A DNA stretch of 64,000 nt, from contig JBFGZE010000005.1 of the NCBI GenBank assembly GCA_041586955.1, positions 1 through 64,000 on the forward strand, given 5' to 3'. A program made the translations under genes and the position numbers. The notes below the pieces were generated by a model. It ran no database searches. It saw only the letters and a list, made by a program, of their open reading frames with translations, and was not told the origin of the DNA. The stretch comes from Bacteriovoracaceae bacterium (GTDB lineage: Bacteria > Bdellovibrionota > Bacteriovoracia > Bacteriovoracales > Bacteriovoracaceae). Shown piece after piece: positions 58,481 to 64,000 of this stretch. Positions within the stretch are counted from its first letter, which is position 1; each line of letters begins with the position of its first letter.

Positions 58481-60673
58481 ATAAAAAAGGCGTTAATACT
58501 TTTTCTTATTTTGATGCAAGCTTCCCCTCAAACTTGGGGGAAGGATGATCTTGACCTTTTAGATGATGCTGATATCGACAAGCTTTTTGAAGATGATGCA
58601 TCTTCTAGTTCTGGTGATGTTGAATTATCCGATATTGAAGAGGTGGATGATCTTGAGTCTCTTAAGGACGATATTGGTGATTCTCTTTTTGAAGAGCCGG
58701 TAAAAGAGAAAACAAAAATAGTTAAGAAAAAGCCTAAGGAAAAGCCTAAGGATAAGAAAGGCACGCCATCCGTTGTAGAAAGGCCCATTGAGAGTAAGCA
58801 AGCGGATCCTCAGAGCATGGACACCGTTAATGACAAATTATTTATTGATAGCAGTCAATACAAAACCTCTGATCATAAAGAAAAAGTTGAGGTGTTTGAT
58901 ATTGGGACAGAAGAGAAAAAGTTACTGGAGATGTCCAAATACGTTGAGTCGAAAATTTCAGGAAAAGAATGGAGTGAAATCTCATCTGCAACTAAAGACG
59001 AACAATATACGGTTCAGGAGGGGGACACTCTCTGGTCAATCTGTGGCCGCCTATTCGGATCAGGGTTTTATTATTCAAAAATTTGGTCATTGAATCCTCA
59101 AATTACCAACCCTCATGAAATTGAACCAGGGCTAACCTTGCTTTTTTCTAGTGGTGATGAAGATACCTTTCCTCAAGTTGCTCTGGGTGAATTTAAGAAA
59201 AATGAGGACGTTGTAGAAGGTGCTCCTGTCTTGGCGAACGAAAAAAAATTTCAATTCGATCGTTTTGGAGAGGGAACGGTTCCTAATTGGCTGAACGAAA
59301 GAAAAGAATTAATTAGTCAGGGTGTTTATTTCCAATTCGCTTCAGATGAAACTTATGAAGATTTGGCGAAGTTAGGTAAGGAAGCCCTGACTACAGAACA
59401 CCAAGCCTATGAGCCTCCTTTAACTGAAATTATTATTAAAGAGCCGGGTGAGCAATACGATAATTCGGGTTTCGATAAAAATAGTAAAATAACCTTTAAT
59501 GTGAAAGAAGGTTTTTTCTTAAATACATTTATGACTTCGAATATCATCCAAGACCTCGGTTATATCACCAATATGGCCAAGGAAAATGTTTTTATTCATC
59601 AATTTGATAAAATTTATGTCAATTTTGACTCTTCAGTGAATGTGAAACCTGGAGATTTATTTAGCGTCTATATTCCTGGCGGTCCTACGAAAAATAAAGC
59701 TTCTGATCGTTCCGGTCATAAATACACTATTGGTGCTCAGATTAAGGTTTTGCGCCAAATTAATAAAAAATGGGAATGTTTAGTCACTGAGCAATCGGGC
59801 GTTATTCAACGAGATGATCGTGTCACTCTTTACACTCCTAAAATTCAAAAAATTAAACCCACCTTTAATAAGAGAAATATTGAGGCCATCATTATGGACT
59901 CCTATGATCAGCGGTCCAACGGCCTATCGTTTGGTGATGTGGTTTATTTAGACCGTGGCCGTGCTGATGGTGTCGAGCTAGGAACTATTTTCACGTTACA
60001 TGATTACCAAGACCGTGGCACCGGGCGTCAGATCACTGCTGATCCAACTTATAAGATCGGAGAGGTCACGGTTATCTCTTTAAGTGATAATTTTGCAACG
60101 GGTCTCATCTCTAATAGCTCTCAAGAAATAAAGATTGGCACTATCGCGATTACTAAAACTGAAGAAGAGGCCGCTTTATCAGATCGTATCCGTACGCGTA
60201 AAGACCTACAAAATGTTTACGCTAAGGAAAGCCAGTCTCTCGAAGAATTGGATGTCGAGCTCAATTTGGACGATTTAAGTAAAGACCTTCTGGAAAAGGC
60301 CGACCGCGTTCAATTAACGGAAGACGAGCTTGAAGAATTAGAGCGACAGGAAAGAGAGAAGTCGGTTATTAAAGATCATGAAAAAGACCTTAATGAATTA
60401 GAGCGTCTCGAAGATGAAATCCTAGAGGCCGAAACTCAGATTAATGAGCATAAAGTCGATGAAGACAAATATTTAGAGCAAGAAAATCTTAACGCAGTGG
60501 AAAAGAAAGTTAAGGGCCAAGACAAGGATGCATTTGAGTCTCTCAATGAAATTGAAAAGGACATTGGACTCAAATATATGGACGAGGATATTAATGCCAA
60601 AGAAAATCCCTATGGTTTAACTGAATTTGACCTTGAAGAAATCGACGAGTTGTTGAATACTGAGCAATTGTAA
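58481..60673 (+). CDS. LysM peptidoglycan-binding protein (TsaP-like) with acidic N- and C-terminal extensions
   Basis: YTVQEGDTLWSI...WSLNPQITNPHEIEPG LysM motif and VYLDRGRADGVELG. The signal peptide begins upstream of the called TTG 58511, so the start is uncertain. Confidence 0.75.
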   Translation: MKKALILFLILMQASPQTWGKDDLDLLDDADIDKLFEDDASSSSGDVELSDIEEVDDLESLKDDIGDSLFEEPVKEKTKIVKKKPKEKPKDKKGTPSVVERPIESKQADPQSMDTVNDKLFIDSSQYKTSDHKEKVEVFDIGTEEKKLLEMSKYVESKISGKEWSEISSATKDEQYTVQEGDTLWSICGRLFGSGFYYSKIWSLNPQITNPHEIEPGLTLLFSSGDEDTFPQVALGEFKKNEDVVEGAPVLANEKKFQFDRFGEGTVPNWLNERKELISQGVYFQFASDETYEDLAKLGKEALTTEHQAYEPPLTEIIIKEPGEQYDNSGFDKNSKITFNVKEGFFLNTFMTSNIIQDLGYITNMAKENVFIHQFDKIYVNFDSSVNVKPGDLFSVYIPGGPTKNKASDRSGHKYTIGAQIKVLRQINKKWECLVTEQSGVIQRDDRVTLYTPKIQKIKPTFNKRNIEAIIMDSYDQRSNGLSFGDVVYLDRGRADGVELGTIFTLHDYQDRGTGRQITADPTYKIGEVTVISLSDNFATGLISNSSQEIKIGTIAITKTEEEAALSDRIRTRKDLQNVYAKESQSLEELDVELNLDDLSKDLLEKADRVQLTEDELEELERQEREKSVIKDHEKDLNELERLEDEILEAETQINEHKVDEDKYLEQENLNAVEKKVKGQDKDAFESLNEIEKDIGLKYMDEDINAKENPYGLTEFDLEEIDELLNTEQL

Positions 60674-60731
60674 GACATGATTTTATGAAAGAAAATTGTG
60701 CATTTCGTTAATTTTTTCATTGGAATTCATT

Positions 60732-63263
60732 GTGGCTAAAGAAATATTAGAAGAAAAAGAAGAAACAGCAGTAGCAAAAACGGCGAAGAAAACGGCCAAG
60801 AAAGTAGCAAAAAAGACTGCCAAAAAAACGGCGAAGAAAACAGCAAAGAAAACAGCAAAGAAAACAGCAAAGAAAACAGCGAAAAAGACAGCGAAAAAAA
60901 CGGCCAAAAAAACTGCGAAGAAGACCACTAAAAGAGCAATGGGTCCCTACGATCTCGTGATTGTGGAATCCCCCTCCAAGGCCAAAACAATTAAGAAATA
61001 TTTAGGAAAGGGCTATCAAGTGGTGGCCTCTAATGGCCATATCAAAGATCTTCCGAAATCTAAATTGGGAGTCGATGTTAAGGATAACTTTCAAATAGAC
61101 TTAGTCCCAATCACAGGAAAGAAAGATAAAATTGAGCGTATACAAGAGTTGGCCAAAGGGGCCGATCATATCTATCTCGCCCCCGATATGGACCGCGAGG
61201 GAGAGGCCATTGCCCACCATTTAGCGGAAGAAATTGGCAAGAAGAAGAATATCAGCCGAGTTGTTTTTAACGCGGTAACAAAGAAAGCGGTACAAGAGGC
61301 GATTGAAAATCCTACAACACTTCATAAAGAAATGTATGACTCACAAAAAACGAGGCGAGTTCTTGATCGTTTAGTGGGTTATAAAATTTCACCTATTTTA
61401 TGGGATAAGGTACAGAGAGGTATTTCTGCTGGTCGGGTCCAATCCGTCGCTTTGCGTCTTATTGTAGAGAGGGATGATGAAATTAAGGCCTTCGTTCCTG
61501 AACAATGGTTTTCTATTCATGGAACAATGGAAAAAGATCAAACGGCCTTTGAGTTTAAATATTATGGGGAAGAGGCGAGCAAAAAAACTGAGCTTACCGA
61601 TATCAATCTTGTCAAAAAGATTGTCTCAGATGTTAAAGGAAAGGAATTTAATGTTCTTTCTGTTAAGAAGAGAGAGCGTCGCCAAAACCCAACCCCTCCT
61701 TTTACAACATCTAAACTTCAACAGGAAGCGGCCAATAAATTAGGCTTTACTGCTAAAAGAACAATGATGGTGGCGCAAAAACTCTATGAGGGGATTCAAT
61801 TAAGAGATCATGGCGCTCAGGGTCTAATTACCTACATGAGAACGGATTCGGTTCGAACTGCCCCAGAAGCTCTGGAAAGTGTCAGAGAATATGTCGATTC
61901 TCGTTATGGTAAAGATTTCCTACCAGCGGAACCGAATGTTTATAAAAAGAAAAAGGGGAACTCTAAGGTTCAGGATGCTCACGAGGCCATTCGACCAACA
62001 AATTTATTATTTACCCCAGATGAAGTGCGTGGGGATTTAGAGCCTGACCAGCAAAAACTTTATGAACTCATTTGGAATAAATTTATTTCCTCACAAATGA
62101 GTCCTGCTGTTATTGATCAGACGACTGTTGGCCTTGAATGTCAAAACCACCATTTTCGAGCGACAGGCTCTATTATTAAATTTCCTGGTTTTCGTACTGT
62201 TTATTTAGAGGCGCAAGCGGAAAAGGTCTCACGTAAGGGTGGTGGTGAAGATGAAGAGCAAGTTGACGCAAAATCGGGACTTCTTCCTGATATAGAGGAA
62301 GGAACGACTTTAATCCCAAAAGAGGATGCGGCAGAAGTTGAGCATTGGACCAGTCCTCCTCCACGTTATTCAGAGGCGACATTAGTTAAGGATTTGGAAG
62401 AGAAAGGGATTGGCCGACCGTCTACCTATGCTTCCATTATTTCCAATATTCAAGACCGAGGCTATGTTGAAAAAATTGAAAACCGCTTTATGCCCACAGA
62501 ATTGGGAATAGTTGTCTGCCGTATGCTGGTTGAGTCTTTTCCCGAGGTGATGAATGTTGATTTCACGGCCCAGGTTGAGCAATTATTGGATCAAATCGAA
62601 GATGGCGAAATTAAGTGGAAAAAGGTTTTAAAAGATTTCTGGAAGGGTTTTGAAGTCACTTTGGAAAAGGCCAAAGAGGAAATGAAAAACCTTAAAAAGC
62701 AATTAATTCCAACAGGTGTTAATTGTTTAAAATGTAAAGATGGGGAATACCATATTAAATGGGGGCGAAATGGTCAGTTCTTGGCCTGTTCCAATTATCC
62801 CGACTGTAATTCAACCCAAGATTTTAAAAAGGACCTTGAAGGTACGATTCATATCCAGCCTAAAAATTATTTTCATGATGATTGCCCTACTTGTAATAAG
62901 CGCCTTGAAGTGAAAAAAGGCAAGTATGGTCGCTTTGTGCGGTGTGAAGATTACCCCCATTGCGATACGACCTTACCGTATACTCTTAAATTATCTTGTC
63001 CTGAGTGTAAGGTCGGGAAATATGCTGAGAAGAAGAGCCGTTATGGTAAATTTTTCTACGGCTGCACCAGTTACCCTAATTGCGAAAATGCCTTATGGTC
63101 TAAACCTTATGATTATGCCTGTGAGGCCTGTGGTTATGCTGTCATGACCCTTCGTGAAACCAAGCGAGAGGGCAAGCAATTGCAATGCCCTAAATGTAAG
63201 CATAAGGTTGATTACGATAGAACTCCATTTCACCAACCAGAAGAAGAAGGGCTAGAAGCTTAA
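60732..63263 (+). CDS. topA: DNA topoisomerase I with N-terminal histone-like tail and four C-terminal Zn ribbons
   Basis: LVIVESPSKAKTI, D.DREGE, SAGRVQS, LITYMRTDS (catalytic Tyr), AHEAIRPT and GIGRPSTYA motifs. Confidence 0.96.
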   Translation: MAKEILEEKEETAVAKTAKKTAKKVAKKTAKKTAKKTAKKTAKKTAKKTAKKTAKKTAKKTAKKTTKRAMGPYDLVIVESPSKAKTIKKYLGKGYQVVASNGHIKDLPKSKLGVDVKDNFQIDLVPITGKKDKIERIQELAKGADHIYLAPDMDREGEAIAHHLAEEIGKKKNISRVVFNAVTKKAVQEAIENPTTLHKEMYDSQKTRRVLDRLVGYKISPILWDKVQRGISAGRVQSVALRLIVERDDEIKAFVPEQWFSIHGTMEKDQTAFEFKYYGEEASKKTELTDINLVKKIVSDVKGKEFNVLSVKKRERRQNPTPPFTTSKLQQEAANKLGFTAKRTMMVAQKLYEGIQLRDHGAQGLITYMRTDSVRTAPEALESVREYVDSRYGKDFLPAEPNVYKKKKGNSKVQDAHEAIRPTNLLFTPDEVRGDLEPDQQKLYELIWNKFISSQMSPAVIDQTTVGLECQNHHFRATGSIIKFPGFRTVYLEAQAEKVSRKGGGEDEEQVDAKSGLLPDIEEGTTLIPKEDAAEVEHWTSPPPRYSEATLVKDLEEKGIGRPSTYASIISNIQDRGYVEKIENRFMPTELGIVVCRMLVESFPEVMNVDFTAQVEQLLDQIEDGEIKWKKVLKDFWKGFEVTLEKAKEEMKNLKKQLIPTGVNCLKCKDGEYHIKWGRNGQFLACSNYPDCNSTQDFKKDLEGTIHIQPKNYFHDDCPTCNKRLEVKKGKYGRFVRCEDYPHCDTTLPYTLKLSCPECKVGKYAEKKSRYGKFFYGCTSYPNCENALWSKPYDYACEACGYAVMTLRETKREGKQLQCPKCKHKVDYDRTPFHQPEEEGLEA
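60783..60926 (+). repeat. 12 tandem 12-nt repeats encoding AKK[T/V]
   Basis: Direct reading shows gcnaaraaracn units with synonymous variation. Confidence 0.9.
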
Positions 63264-63886
63264 TGAGATCTCCAGCGATTGTAGAAGAAGAGGCAAATGG
63301 CCTACGTAAAATCTATCAAAAAATTTTAGACAGCTGTAATAGGCCCTATGCCGTTTGGGTTTTAGGGATTCTCTCTTTTACAGAATCATGTATTTTCATT
63401 ATTCCGCCGGAGGTCCTTCTTTTGCCTATGGCCTATGCTAATCGCCGGCGCGCCTTATTTTTTGCCTTTGTGACAACAATAACATCGGTTTTAGGTGCTG
63501 TTGCGGGTTATCTTTTAGGATCTTTTTTATGGGAGCAAATTCAGCCTTTGGTGTTTAATTATATTCCAAGCTTCGCCAAGCACTTTGATCACGTTGGCCA
63601 ATTGTATCAAGAGAATGCGGTCAGTGCTCTTTTCGTGGCGGCGTTTACGCCTATTCCATTTAAGGTTTTTACGGTGGTGGCCGGTGTTTATTCCACTAAG
63701 GTTTCTATTTTAACATTAATTGTCACTAGTTTGGTCGGGCGCGGGGCGCGTTACGGGATCTTAGCGGGCATCGTCTATATTTTTGGCCCTAAAGCACATG
63801 AGATCATTGAAAAGCATTTTAAAATGTTCACCATTTTTATGGCAATCGCTGCAGTCCTGCTTTTTGTATTGCTTAAACTGCGCTAG
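63263..63886 (+). CDS. YqaA/VTT (DedA superfamily) membrane protein
   Basis: SFTES..F.IPPE.LL.PM, FTPIPFKVF..AG and GRGARY motifs. Confidence 0.88.
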   Translation: MRSPAIVEEEANGLRKIYQKILDSCNRPYAVWVLGILSFTESCIFIIPPEVLLLPMAYANRRRALFFAFVTTITSVLGAVAGYLLGSFLWEQIQPLVFNYIPSFAKHFDHVGQLYQENAVSALFVAAFTPIPFKVFTVVAGVYSTKVSILTLIVTSLVGRGARYGILAGIVYIFGPKAHEIIEKHFKMFTIFMAIAAVLLFVLLKLR

Positions 63887-63894
63887 GAAAGAAA

Positions 63895-63923
63895 TTGATT
63901 AATCATGGGATCTTCAGTATAAC
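63895..63923 (+). promoter_or_regulatory. Sigma70-type promoter upstream of tRNA-Arg
   Basis: TTGATT-17 nt-TATAAC. Confidence 0.6.
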
Positions 63924-63959
63924 TTGATTAAGATATGTAGATATAAAAAGCTCATCCAC

Positions 63960-64000
63960 CCGGAGTTAGCTCAGCTGGATAGAGTCCCTGGCTTCGAACC
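63960..64000 (+). tRNA. tRNA-Arg (TCG), 3'-truncated by the window edge
   Basis: CCGGAGT-TA-GCTC-AGCTGGATA-GAGT-C-CCTGG-CT TCG AA-CC. Confidence 0.85.

Noticed and set aside
60683..60928. Minus-strand ORF with (FFAV)n repeats
   Set aside because: It is the antisense shadow of the AKKT repeats of topA.

Overview
Chromosomal, mostly core-genome window from an AT-rich Gram-negative bacterium. Gene content and style suggest a predatory Bdellovibrionota (Bacteriovoracaceae/Halobacteriovorax-like); this taxonomy is inference. Housekeeping genes include miaB, gshB, rsmD-coaD-aminotransferase, PIN-PhoH, ahpC, clpP-clpX-lon-tRNA-Val, mltA, speD-speE, ogt, gloB, bcp, topA and a partial tRNA-Arg, interleaved with many lineage-specific secreted, lipoprotein and outer-membrane genes. 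I found no CRISPR array, integrase, transposase or prophage. The most notable observations are: (1) a 943-aa protein that keeps the architecture of a Type IIG/Eco57I-like DNA methyltransferase-TRD but has lost the SAM-binding and catalytic motifs, apparently co-transcribed with a cytoplasmic ChaN/TIKI-like protein; (2) TopA with an N-terminal histone-H1-like (AKKT)12 tail, plus a separate H1/Hc2-like protein; (3) a eukaryotic-type SAM decarboxylase paired with speE; (4) an AUR1/IPC-synthase-like PAP2 enzyme next to a GDPD; (5) a giant AAA-GAF-histidine kinase split by one in-frame TAA; (6) a pseudo-histidine kinase; (7) barrel-plus-cargo operons and tandem HExxH lipoproteins. All family assignments come from motif reading by eye, not from database searches.
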